Positions 10,270 through 19,621 of a stretch of DNA of 64,000 bases are shown here, one piece after another. The notes under the pieces were generated by a model. That model saw only the letters and a list, made by a program, of their open reading frames with translations. It was not told where the DNA came from and ran no database searches. Made by a program: the position numbers and the translations under genes. Origin of the DNA: Cytophagales bacterium. GTDB lineage: Bacteria > Bacteroidota > Bacteroidia > Cytophagales > JAAEPT01. The stretch's first letter is position 1. Every line of letters begins with the position of its first letter. The stretch covers positions 13,729-77,728 of the forward strand of contig JAYVIQ010000106.1 of NCBI GenBank assembly GCA_043770215.1. The letters run 5' to 3'.

Positions 10270-10401
10270 GATTCTTGTATTTATTGTTTGAACTTAAGAT
10301 TTTAAACGGGGTGCAAATTTAAGTTTGTTTTTTTTAATATAAAAACTTTTTGACCAATTTTGTTTTTATATAATTGATTAATATTCAATACATTTAGATA
10401 A

Positions 10402-11436
10402 ATGAACATATTACACCAGAAACTGTCTGTTTGGTATTCAGATAATAAGAGAGATTTGCCTTGGCGAAACACCCAAAATCCCTACTTCATTTGGCTATCT
10501 GAGATTATATTACAGCAAACTAGGGTAGTACAGGGTATGTCTTATTATTTAAGGTTTGTACAAACTTTTCCTACTGTAAGAGACCTTGCTTTAGCAGAGG
10601 AAGATGTAGTCCTTAGATTATGGCAGGGATTAGGTTATTATAGTAGAGCAAGGAATTTGCATATTGCCGCTAAATTTATTTATACCGAACTCGATGGTGT
10701 TTTCCCATCTAATTTTGCGGATATAAGAAAATTAAAAGGTGTAGGGGATTACACTGCCGCAGCTATTGCATCTTTTGCTTATGGAGAAGTTGTTCCTGTT
10801 TTAGATGGTAATGTATACCGTGTAATTTCAAGAATCTTTGGTTTACAGCATGATATTTTGCAGGCTAGTTCCCGTACTTTTTTCATACAAGTTTTAGAAC
10901 GTGAAATCTCTAAAACTAATCCAGCACTTTTTAACCAGTCTATCATGGAGTTTGGTGCGCTTCAATGTACGCCCAAAAATGCAAACTGTGAAGGGTGCAT
11001 CTTTAGCAAAGAGTGTTATGCTTTGAACAATAAATTAGTATATAATCTACCTGTAAAGACCAAAAAATCTGCTAAAAAAGTAAGGTATTTTAATTATATC
11101 GTTTACTGTTTTGAAAATAAAATTGCTTTTCAAAAAAGAGATATTAATGATATTTGGAATGGTTTGTACCAGTTTATTCTTTTAGAAGAAGATAATTATA
11201 TAACAGAGGACATCCTCTCAGATAAAATAGAGCTAGAACACGTAAAAAAAATAATTTGGTTTGAGCCAAATGCCAAACACCTTTTATCTCATCAAACTAT
11301 ATTTAGTCAAATGATTTTAGTGGAATTAAATGAAACAAATGCTTTGCCGTTCTATTCTCAAGACGAAATCCAATCTTTGCCCAAACCAATATTAATTGAA
11401 AATTTTTTAAAAAAATATATTTATAAAACGACTTAA
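10402..11436 (+). CDS. mutY: A/G-specific adenine DNA glycosylase
   Basis: LPWRNTQNPYFIWLSEIILQQTRV, HhH-GPD region (KGVGDYTAAAI), Fe-S Cys cluster (CTPKNANCEGCIFSKEC) and a C-terminal NUDIX-like domain. Confidence 0.9.
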   Translation: MNILHQKLSVWYSDNKRDLPWRNTQNPYFIWLSEIILQQTRVVQGMSYYLRFVQTFPTVRDLALAEEDVVLRLWQGLGYYSRARNLHIAAKFIYTELDGVFPSNFADIRKLKGVGDYTAAAIASFAYGEVVPVLDGNVYRVISRIFGLQHDILQASSRTFFIQVLEREISKTNPALFNQSIMEFGALQCTPKNANCEGCIFSKECYALNNKLVYNLPVKTKKSAKKVRYFNYIVYCFENKIAFQKRDINDIWNGLYQFILLEEDNYITEDILSDKIELEHVKKIIWFEPNAKHLLSHQTIFSQMILVELNETNALPFYSQDEIQSLPKPILIENFLKKYIYKTT

Positions 11437-11479
11437 GCTTACTATGTTGTATAGTGTAAACATTTAAAAAAGTATTTCT

Positions 11480-11940
11480 ATGGTTGGTGTAAATAAAGTT
11501 ATTCTTTTGGGTAGGTTAGGTAGAGACCCTGAGTTGAAAACATTTGAAAATGGCGGTAAAATAGCAATACAGCATTAGCAACATCTGATAACTATACAGA
11601 CAAAGTAGGAAATAAAGTAGAGCGTACGGAATGGCATAACATAGTTTTTAAAGATAAATTGGCAATATTGCCAATAATTTTTTGTAAAAAGGGTAGAGAA
11701 GTGTATGTAGAGGGTAAACTCAGAACTAGAAAATATGACGATGCCAACGGAGTAACAAAATATATAACAGAAATACTTGCTTTGAACTTAAACCCTATTG
11801 GTGGTAAATCAGAGTCATCACCCCAACAAAATTTAACGTCAGATAGTACTTCTTCTACTGCGTCATTGGTCAATTTTGCACCTCCTGCAGCACAAACTAA
11901 TGATTTTAACTCTGGTGCAGATGATGACTTGCTATTTTAG
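11480..11940 (+). pseudogene. ssb: Single-stranded DNA-binding protein gene interrupted by a 1-nt frameshift
   Basis: Frame A reads MVGVNKVILLGRLGRDPELKTFENGGKIAIQH and stops at TAG 11576-11578. The rest of the OB fold (NTALATSDNYTDKVGNKVERTEWHNIVF..VYVEGKLRTRKYDD) and the acidic tail DDDLLF lie in the -1 frame, open from 11560 to 11940. Confidence 0.8.
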
Positions 11941-12015
11941 TATTCTAAATTAAGTCAAATTCTTTTTATAAAATGTTTGACTATAAATCCTCTCACACAT
12001 TAATTATGAGAATAA

Positions 12016-12057
12016 ATGCAACCTATTATTACATAATAAACAATAATTAGGTTGCAT
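12016..12057. terminator. Bidirectional terminator hairpin between ssb (+) and panC (-)
   Basis: ATGCAACCTATTATT..AATAATTAGGTTGCAT. The outer 10 bp pair perfectly (ATGCAACCTA/TAGGTTGCAT) and the inner part has one bulge. Confidence 0.6.
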
Positions 12058-12095
12058 ACATGTTTTAAAGCAAGCATACGTAGTTCCAAACAGTA

Positions 12096-12953
12096 TCAGT
12101 TGATCACAAAAATCTCGTTATCTAGCAGGCGTACTGCTCCAAATGGAGTAGCTATACATACAACATAAGGTACGTTAGTATTTAAATTGTCTGGACATTG
12201 TAATGTTTCTATGTCTACCAATTCTAAATACTCTGGATAAAAACCTGTTGTTTTTTTAAAGAATTCCATGCCTTTTTTTAGACTATCTTCAATATTTTTA
12301 GTGATAGTAACCTCTAAAATAATTGATTTAAGCGTTTTATTTATAATAGCAGCCTCATCCTTTTCTTTTTCTGTGAGTCTTGCATTTCTAGAAGACAAAG
12401 CAAGTCCGTTTTTGTCTCTAATTGTTGGGCAACTAATTATTTCTAAATCAAAATGTAACGCTTTTACTAAATCTTTTATTACTGCTATTTGTTGAATGTC
12501 TTTTTGCCCAAAATAAGCAATATTAGGAGTTACAACATGAAATAGTTTGGCAACTATGGTAGCAACACCATTAAAGTGTCCAGGCCTAAATTTGCCTTCC
12601 ATTACTTGTTCCAAATGCCCAAAATCAAATTGTAAAAAGTAGCTATTGGCATATAAATCTGTGGCTTTGGGTAGAAAAACACAATCTACCCCCGTTTTTT
12701 TTAAAAATTCAATATCTTCGTTTTCTGTCCTTGGATATTTATCTAAATCTTCTTTTTTGTTAAATTGAGTTGGATTTACAAAAATAGAACATACAACTAT
12801 AGTGCATTTTTCTTTGGCTTTTTTGATTAAAGATATATGCCCTTCATGCAGTGCGCCCATTGTGGGTACAAATCCTACAACAGCATCATTATCTAATGTT
12901 TTTCTATATTTTTTAAAATCTGAAAGAGTATAAATTATTCTCATTAGCGCCAA
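12096..12953 (-). CDS. panC: Pantoate--beta-alanine ligase
   Basis: VGFVPTMGALHEGHISLI, FVNPTQF and GQKD motifs. 285 aa. Confidence 0.92.
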   Translation of the reverse strand: MALMRIIYTLSDFKKYRKTLDNDAVVGFVPTMGALHEGHISLIKKAKEKCTIVVCSIFVNPTQFNKKEDLDKYPRTENEDIEFLKKTGVDCVFLPKATDLYANSYFLQFDFGHLEQVMEGKFRPGHFNGVATIVAKLFHVVTPNIAYFGQKDIQQIAVIKDLVKALHFDLEIISCPTIRDKNGLALSSRNARLTEKEKDEAAIINKTLKSIILEVTITKNIEDSLKKGMEFFKKTTGFYPEYLELVDIETLQCPDNLNTNVPYVVCIATPFGAVRLLDNEIFVIN

Positions 12954-13025
12954 GTAAAAGGGTAAAAGGATACAATTTTAGGATATTAACGTAAAAATAC
13001 TTAGATTTGTGCTTGATTCAAAACA

Positions 13026-13853
13026 TTGACTAAAGATATGTCGGGAACAAGAATACTTTATGTAACCAGTGAAATCGAACCTTTTCTTAAAATTACGGAT
13101 GTAGCTGACTTTGTCCGAAAGTTACCTCAGGCAATGCAAGAAAAAGGGATGGAAATCAGAATTCTGATGCCAAGATTCGGTATAATTAATGAAAGAAAGA
13201 ATAGATTACATGAAGTTGTACGGCTTTCAGGAACAAACATTCCTGTAGGCACAGACGAGCATCCGTTAATCATCAAGGTGGCTTCTATACCAAGTGCAAA
13301 ACTACAGGTATATTTTATAGACAATGAAGATTATTTCAAACGCAAAACAATTTTTCATGACAAAAATGATGATTGGTGCGAAGATAATGACGAAAGGGCT
13401 ATTTTTTTCTGCAAAGGTGTAATAGAAACAATAAAGAAGCTTGGTTGGGCGCCTGATATTGTTCATTGCAATGACTGGATGACGGGATTAATACCGTTGT
13501 ATTTAAAAACTATTTATAAAGATGAGCCTATGTTTAAGGACTCCAAAATGGTTTTTTCTATTCATGACTTTGTTTTTGAAGATATGAAGGAAGTAAATCT
13601 TTCAGAAAAAGCCTTGAAAAACGATTTAGATTCTCAAAATCTAGGTTTGTTTTCTACAGGGTATAATGGATTTATAAAATTAGGTGCAATACATTCTGAT
13701 ATTGTATTAGACTCTACTAATGATAGTGTAGGATTAAATGCAGTTTTAAAAGATTGTAATGTAGCTACACAAGTTATAGCTAAAGACGATGCTGAAATAG
13801 ATAATTATTTTGACATGTATGCAGTGCTTTTGGAAAACAAAGAGCTTGTATAA
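13026..13853 (+). CDS. Short glycogen/starch-synthase-like protein (GT5 N-terminal half only)
   Basis: RILYVTSEIEPFLK..GMEIRILMPRFG..HCNDWMTGLIPLYLK matches the GlgA N-terminal domain. The ORF is only ~270 aa. The true start may be the ATG at 13038. Confidence 0.75.
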   Translation: MTKDMSGTRILYVTSEIEPFLKITDVADFVRKLPQAMQEKGMEIRILMPRFGIINERKNRLHEVVRLSGTNIPVGTDEHPLIIKVASIPSAKLQVYFIDNEDYFKRKTIFHDKNDDWCEDNDERAIFFCKGVIETIKKLGWAPDIVHCNDWMTGLIPLYLKTIYKDEPMFKDSKMVFSIHDFVFEDMKEVNLSEKALKNDLDSQNLGLFSTGYNGFIKLGAIHSDIVLDSTNDSVGLNAVLKDCNVATQVIAKDDAEIDNYFDMYAVLLENKELV

Positions 13854-13896
13854 AATAAGTAGCTAATAAATTCGTTTTGGTTGCGTAACTAAATGT

Positions 13897-15234
13897 ATGA
13901 AAAACAAACAAATAATACTTAAATACCTAGGGCTGATGATTTTTGCATCAGCTTTTTTTGTTTCTTGCAAAGACAAGGACGACCAAATTGGCATAAATAT
14001 ACAGACCAAACAGGGTTTTATAAAACACACTATTTTAGGTGATGCTATAGATTTAAAACTAAGTGGCGTTATTAAATCTGATAGTTTGCTTACCTCTGGT
14101 TCTGATCTAATTCATGTTGGCACTTACACGGATAAATATGTTGGGAAAGTCAAAAGCACAAGTTTTTTTCAAATTGATTTAGGGGCTGACCTACCAACCT
14201 CTACTGATGTTACAATCAGTTCAGTGTATTTAAAATTAGCCTTTAGTGCCATAACAACTTCTAATAGAACTTTACAAGGAGATGCATCGTTAATAAACAC
14301 GTTAGAAATTTATAGAATGACTGAGTTTTTTGAAAAGGGTGTGAGTTACAACAATGATAAAAACTTCCTTTATGGTGCGCTTCCTATTGCTTCAATAGCT
14401 TATAATCCTCAACAGCCTACAGAATACTTAGATATAAAACTTCCAAATGATTTTGGAGATTCTCTTGTGAAATTTGCAAAAGGAAAAAGCAAAGAAGAAT
14501 TTAAAAATGCTTTTGCTGGTTTTGCACTTGTTGGAAAAGACTCAGATGGTTCAATTGTGGCATTTAATCTAAATTCAGCACAATCCTTTTTACAATTAAA
14601 TTATTCTAGTCCATCGTTACCAAATCAAAATTACTTTTTTGATTTAAGCACAAGCTTAAGGCACCACATTCATTTAGAATCAGATAGGGGAAATACAATT
14701 TTTTCTTCACTGACAAAAAACGCTTTAGTAAGTTCTACCACAACAGAAGATAAGTTATTGATTCAAAATGGTGTTGGAGCCTCTATAGTTGTAAATCTAG
14801 GAGATTTAAAATCTAAACTAATTACTGCCGTAGATGATGATACCATTATAAATAGAGCTGTTTTGGTTTTGCCAATTGTGCAAGGAAGTTATAAAGTACA
14901 AGAGAATGAGCCAGTAAACGTTTTGAAAATATATGAAGCGAATGAATCTGGTGATTATATCCTTAAAGATGGGAAAAAATCTCAACTAGTTCCAGACTTT
15001 AACTTTCTTATTGGAGGTAGTAGCGGTTACTTTGTAATAAATGAAGACAAAACAGCTTATGAAATGGATTTGACATATTACATCCAAGAATATGTCTTAG
15101 GCAAAAGAAACCTTAATCATTTATTAATTACCTCAAACATTATACTTTCTAGTGCCAATTTTGCAGCCAGAAGCAATAGATCTGTTATAGACGCTAAAAA
15201 GGCAAGTTTTAAGATTTACTATAGCACTTTATAA
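13897..15234 (+). CDS. Lipoprotein, DUF4270-like (family assignment from synteny and memory, not searched)
   Basis: Lipobox (FFVSCKD). 445 aa. Lies directly downstream of the short glycogen synthase, as in many Bacteroidota. Confidence 0.45.
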   Translation: MKNKQIILKYLGLMIFASAFFVSCKDKDDQIGINIQTKQGFIKHTILGDAIDLKLSGVIKSDSLLTSGSDLIHVGTYTDKYVGKVKSTSFFQIDLGADLPTSTDVTISSVYLKLAFSAITTSNRTLQGDASLINTLEIYRMTEFFEKGVSYNNDKNFLYGALPIASIAYNPQQPTEYLDIKLPNDFGDSLVKFAKGKSKEEFKNAFAGFALVGKDSDGSIVAFNLNSAQSFLQLNYSSPSLPNQNYFFDLSTSLRHHIHLESDRGNTIFSSLTKNALVSSTTTEDKLLIQNGVGASIVVNLGDLKSKLITAVDDDTIINRAVLVLPIVQGSYKVQENEPVNVLKIYEANESGDYILKDGKKSQLVPDFNFLIGGSSGYFVINEDKTAYEMDLTYYIQEYVLGKRNLNHLLITSNIILSSANFAARSNRSVIDAKKASFKIYYSTL

Positions 15235-15239
15235 TAGCA

Positions 15240-15623
15240 ATGCCCAAAAAAATTATTTATACTCCATATGCTCCAGAACCAATAGGGCCATATAGCCAGG
15301 CGGTCCAATTCAATGGGGTTTTATATGTATCAGGTCAGATACCTGTTATCCCTGAAAAATCTGAAGTAATTTCTGGAGGCGTAGATATGCAAACTAGTCA
15401 GGTAATGAAGAATATCTCTGCAATTTTAGAAGCTGCTGGTTATTCTTTAAATGATGTAGTTAAATGTTCTATTTTTATAAAAGACATGAATGATTTTGCT
15501 AAAATAAATGAAATTTATGCACGTTTTTTTGATGCGGATAATGCTCCTTCACGTGAATGTGTAGAAGTAGCTAGACTACCAAAAGATGTTCTGGTAGAAA
15601 TTTCTTGTATTGCGGTTAAATAA
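15240..15623 (+). CDS. ridA: RidA/YjgF family reactive-intermediate deaminase
   Basis: 127 aa. PIGPYSQAV..GQIP..ECVEVARLPKDVLVEI pattern. Confidence 0.9.
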   Translation: MPKKIIYTPYAPEPIGPYSQAVQFNGVLYVSGQIPVIPEKSEVISGGVDMQTSQVMKNISAILEAAGYSLNDVVKCSIFIKDMNDFAKINEIYARFFDADNAPSRECVEVARLPKDVLVEISCIAVK

Positions 15624-15667
15624 ATATTTTCAAGTAGAAGACTTAGATATAAGATCAATTATTTATT

Positions 15668-15787
15668 TGGATATCTGCAATGATAACAGTTCCTATCATT
15701 TTTTGCGAAAAGCATAGATCCAGACCCGCTAGGGTTTCTCCCAAAATCACTAATCAATTCTACCACTGGTACAATTACGGATGTTCA
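15668..15787 (+). mobile_element. MITE-like repeat, copy 1 (internally deleted, ~120 bp)
   Basis: Aligns by eye to 25270-25438 at both ends (TTGGATATCTGCAATGATAACAG.. and ..CCCAAAATCACTAATCAATTC..ACGGATGTTCA). Lacks the central ~49 bp. Confidence 0.7.
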
Positions 15788-15993
15788 CAATAACTCATGT
15801 AATTTCAACTACTTTCAACTGAAATCAATACTTTTTTTAATTCATAAAATTTTATTATACAACTTTTTATTTGAATTTGTATATTGTACAATAAACGTAA
15901 TTGTGTTTCGTTTTAAAATAACAAATTGTTTAAGAAAGGTCTAAAACAACCATTAATAAACTTTGTAATTTCTAATAAATAGAATCCGAAAAT

Positions 15994-18285
15994 ATGAAAA
16001 ACAAAAATCCACTTCTTTTACTATTCTTTTTGATTTATGGTTATTCTTCCTATTGCCAAGGCACAGGCACTTGGAAGTCTCATTTACCTTATAAAAACGG
16101 AAAAAAAGTTTGTGAGGTTGGCAATAGAATTTTTTGTGTTTCAGAAAACGGATTGTTTTATTATGATAAAGAAGAAAATAGTACCAATGTACTTACAAAA
16201 GAAGATGGATTGAGTGATATAGAAATTTCTGCCATAGGGTACAATGAAAAAGAAGAAAAAGTAGTTATTGGCTATAATACAGGGTATATAGATATTTTAG
16301 ATAAAAACTTAAAAGTAACTCCGCTATCAGATATATTTAGATCTACTAGTATAATAGGATCTAAAGCAATAACTAAAATTTCTTTTTTAAACGAAAAGGC
16401 CTATTTATCTACTGATTTTGGAGTAGTAATTTTAGATGTAAAGCAAAAAGAGATTAAAGAAAGTTATAGAAATGTTGGTCCTAACGGAGAAGAAGTAAGT
16501 GTTAAAAACATATTCTTTAATAATACTAAAGATAGTATTTACGTACATAATCAGTTTGGATTATGTAAATCTTCTCTAAAAGGCAGGAACTTATTAAATT
16601 TTAAGAATTGGTTTTATTACAAAGATAGCTTAGGGGATGTACAAAGTTCTTTCGATTTTTATGTTCTACTTGAAAATAAATTAATAGCTGCAAAAAATAG
16701 AGACGCAATCTATGAATTTGATACAGACAAACAAGACTTTATAAAAAAGAGTTATTATGTTGCTCCTGGAGCTGATTTTGTTTCTTTTGAGAAAAATTAT
16801 AGTTCAATAGTTGTATCTTATTCACTTGGAACCATTGGAGTTATTAATCCCGCCGGAGAACTAAAATATACGGACATCAAATATAGTAGTCAGTCAGAAG
16901 TTATTTTAGATAAAGAAGGTCATTTATGGGCAGCAGGAGAAAATGCGGGCTTACATTCTAATTATAAAGAAGGGACTTGGCGTGAATTTTCGCCAACGGG
17001 CACAGTTACAAGAGCTTCTTTTGGGTTATATTCATATTTAGATAAACTAGTGTCACTTTCTGGAGGGTACAACGGTAGTTTTGTACCAAATTACAATCAA
17101 AAAGGCTTTTCTATATACTCTGGAGGTACTTGGTCAAATTATAACTCAACGTTGACTAAAGGCAAATATTCTTTTAGTGATCCATTAGATGCATTGTACG
17201 ATCCTATAAGGAGAAAATATTTCCTTGCTCACTATTTCTCTGGATTAGTCGTTTGGGATGGTTTAGATACCTATACAAGGCTTACAAAAGCAGATTCTTC
17301 TTCTATTCCTTTTTTTACAATAGGAGGTCAAGGAGGTCAAACTAGAATTACGTCTGTAACTATGGACAAGAAAAACAACATTTGGTTTACAAACAACCTT
17401 ACAGGTAGTGAACCTTCTATCCATAAATTACTTCCTGATAATACTTGGGAAAGCTTTAGTCTAAATGGAGCTTTTGGTAGTGAACCAATAGATTTAGTTA
17501 TAGACGATGTTGATCAGAAATGGATTTTATGTAAAGGACAAAACCTTATAGTTTGGGATGAAATTACAAAAGAAGAAAAGTCTCTTAATTCTACTACAGG
17601 ACAAGGAAAACTCCCAAGTACAAAAATAAACACCATAGAAAAAGATAGAGAAGGCCAAATTTGGGTAGGTACAGATAAAGGTGTAGCTGTTTTTACAGAT
17701 CCTCAATTGGCCTTGCGTTCAGACTTTTATGAAGCAAACTTACCTATCTTTGAAAGAAGGCCACTTTTGCAAGATGAGCAAGTTTTAACTATTTGTATAG
17801 ATGCTGCCAATAGGAAATGGTTTGGAACTAGCAATGGAGTCTTTCTTTTTAATGAAAATGCAACTGAGAATTTATTGAACTTTAATACAAGTAATAGTTT
17901 GCTACCCTCTAATAAAATAAAAGATATTGCTATAAATGAATTGACAGGAGAAGTGTTTTTTGCTACTGAAAAGGGTATTGTTTCTTATTGGGGAGATGCA
18001 ACTGAACCAAAGGCAGATTTTGCAAATGCAAAAATTTTCCCAAACCCTATACAGCCAGGCTTTGAAGGAGTAGTTACTATTTCTGGTTTAAAAGAAAACA
18101 CTACAGTCAAAATTACAGATATTGCAGGTAAATTGATTTATGAACAAACCTCTAATGGTGGTACAGCCACCTGGACTACTAAAAATTTAGATGGCAAGTT
18201 AGCAGAATCTGGAGTGTACTTGGTGTATAGTACGGATTCAGAGTTTAAGGATAGTTTTGTTGGTAAAATAGTAATTGTGCATTAA
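15994..18285 (+). CDS. Beta-propeller (two-component-regulator-propeller type) protein with T9SS type-A C-terminal sorting domain, PorZ-like
   Basis: 763 aa with a signal peptide and repeated propeller-like units (W-G-T..G). C-terminus KIFPNPIQPG..VTISGL..VKITDIAGKLIY...GVYLVY resembles the T9SS CTD. Confidence 0.6.
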   Translation: MKNKNPLLLLFFLIYGYSSYCQGTGTWKSHLPYKNGKKVCEVGNRIFCVSENGLFYYDKEENSTNVLTKEDGLSDIEISAIGYNEKEEKVVIGYNTGYIDILDKNLKVTPLSDIFRSTSIIGSKAITKISFLNEKAYLSTDFGVVILDVKQKEIKESYRNVGPNGEEVSVKNIFFNNTKDSIYVHNQFGLCKSSLKGRNLLNFKNWFYYKDSLGDVQSSFDFYVLLENKLIAAKNRDAIYEFDTDKQDFIKKSYYVAPGADFVSFEKNYSSIVVSYSLGTIGVINPAGELKYTDIKYSSQSEVILDKEGHLWAAGENAGLHSNYKEGTWREFSPTGTVTRASFGLYSYLDKLVSLSGGYNGSFVPNYNQKGFSIYSGGTWSNYNSTLTKGKYSFSDPLDALYDPIRRKYFLAHYFSGLVVWDGLDTYTRLTKADSSSIPFFTIGGQGGQTRITSVTMDKKNNIWFTNNLTGSEPSIHKLLPDNTWESFSLNGAFGSEPIDLVIDDVDQKWILCKGQNLIVWDEITKEEKSLNSTTGQGKLPSTKINTIEKDREGQIWVGTDKGVAVFTDPQLALRSDFYEANLPIFERRPLLQDEQVLTICIDAANRKWFGTSNGVFLFNENATENLLNFNTSNSLLPSNKIKDIAINELTGEVFFATEKGIVSYWGDATEPKADFANAKIFPNPIQPGFEGVVTISGLKENTTVKITDIAGKLIYEQTSNGGTATWTTKNLDGKLAESGVYLVYSTDSEFKDSFVGKIVIVH

Positions 18286-18977
18286 TGCTCTTTAAAACAA
18301 GGGGCTTAGTACTTAGTTACATAAAATACAAGGAAACTTCTATTGTAGTAAAAATATTTACAGATTACTTTGGTGTACAATCATATATTGTAAATGGTGT
18401 TAGAAGTAAAAAATCCCATAGTAAAATAGCTCTTTTCCAATCCCTCACATTATTGGATCTTGTTGTTTACAAAAACGACAAAAGAGATTTACAAAGGATT
18501 TCTGAGATTAAATGCTTGGCTCCGTACCAAAACATACCTTTTGATCATAACAAAAGTGCTGTTGCCATGTTTTTGGCCGAAATTTTATCTAAATCTCTTT
18601 CTACAGAAGAAAATCAGTTTGAATTATTTAATTTCCTACAAAACTCATTACTTCATTTTGACTTAGATATTAGTAATAATAGGAATAATTTTCATCTCTA
18701 CTTTTGCCTGCAACTGGCACATTTTTATGGACTATCTGCAGATACCAAAGAGATAATAAAGCAAGTAGAAAATTGGCTTAAGTGCACAAAAAGTGAGCTA
18801 GATATTTGTATAGCTGCTTTGAAAAAATTAGAAAACGGAAGTATTGGCACAGAAACAGCGCTTAGTAGTATAGAGAGAAAACTTAGTTTGTATGCTATAA
18901 CTATGTTCTTACAACGCAACATACCTGCATTGCAGCAACTAAAATCTTTAGATGTTATTAAAAGCGTATACCAATAA
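18285..18977 (+). CDS. recO: DNA repair protein RecO
   Basis: MLFKTRGLVLSYIKYKETSIVVKIFT..GVQSYIVNGVRS is an N-terminal OB fold typical of RecO. The start overlaps the upstream stop by 1 nt (TAATG). Confidence 0.85.
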   Translation: MLFKTRGLVLSYIKYKETSIVVKIFTDYFGVQSYIVNGVRSKKSHSKIALFQSLTLLDLVVYKNDKRDLQRISEIKCLAPYQNIPFDHNKSAVAMFLAEILSKSLSTEENQFELFNFLQNSLLHFDLDISNNRNNFHLYFCLQLAHFYGLSADTKEIIKQVENWLKCTKSELDICIAALKKLENGSIGTETALSSIERKLSLYAITMFLQRNIPALQQLKSLDVIKSVYQ

Positions 18978-18981
18978 TACC

Positions 18982-19317
18982 TTAAAAATTTATAGCTACG
19001 GGTATAACTTTTTCCTCACCATCTCTCTCAATAACTTTAATCATAGCTACTTTTTGCTCTGTCCATAATACACTTATATTCTCCTTTGTAAAGTCATCTA
19101 GATAGACTTCAGTAACCATGGGCTCTCTTACACTGTCTTTGTATATTGGTTCAACAACTAAGACCCAGGGATCAAACATAATTTTCCGTTCTCCATGGCA
19201 ACGAATAGTGACTGAACTATCTGCATTTACAAATAGTATGTTTGGTGTCTTTTTTGTTTCACAACCAAAAAAACAGGCTATTAAACCTATGAAAATACCT
19301 AGTTTAATTTTTCTCAT
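18982..19317 (-). CDS. Small hypothetical lipoprotein
   Basis: Lipobox (LIACFFGCETK). 111 aa. No family recognised. Confidence 0.45.
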   Translation of the reverse strand: MRKIKLGIFIGLIACFFGCETKKTPNILFVNADSSVTIRCHGERKIMFDPWVLVVEPIYKDSVREPMVTEVYLDDFTKENISVLWTEQKVAMIKVIERDGEEKVIPVAINF

Positions 19318-19621
19318 ATTTTATAGAGTTATATTTAATCTAATTTAAACTAATATATTGTAGGCTAGTAAAAACACACAATATATTTTAATAATATTTA
19401 AACGCTATTTTTTTTCCTTTATTCACTTCCAAATTAGTCTATCCTTCATTTTTTTCATTAATCACAAAATGAGAAACAAATAAAAACACATTATTATTTT
19501 CAACATATAATTATTATTTTTTATACAATTTTCAATTTAAAATTGTATTATAGTGGTCTATTAAACAGTGCTTTTCATAAATTTTAAGTATTTTAGAGCC
19601 TTTATATAAAGAATAAAACCC

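Noticed and set aside
11560-11578. The possibility that the ssb frame change is a programmed ribosomal frameshift.
   Set aside because: No slippery heptamer or downstream structure is evident, and no precedent is known to me for ssb. An indel, either real or from assembly, is the simpler explanation.
11592-11873. 93-aa minus-strand ORF across ssb.
   Set aside because: Antisense to the SSB OB fold and tail.
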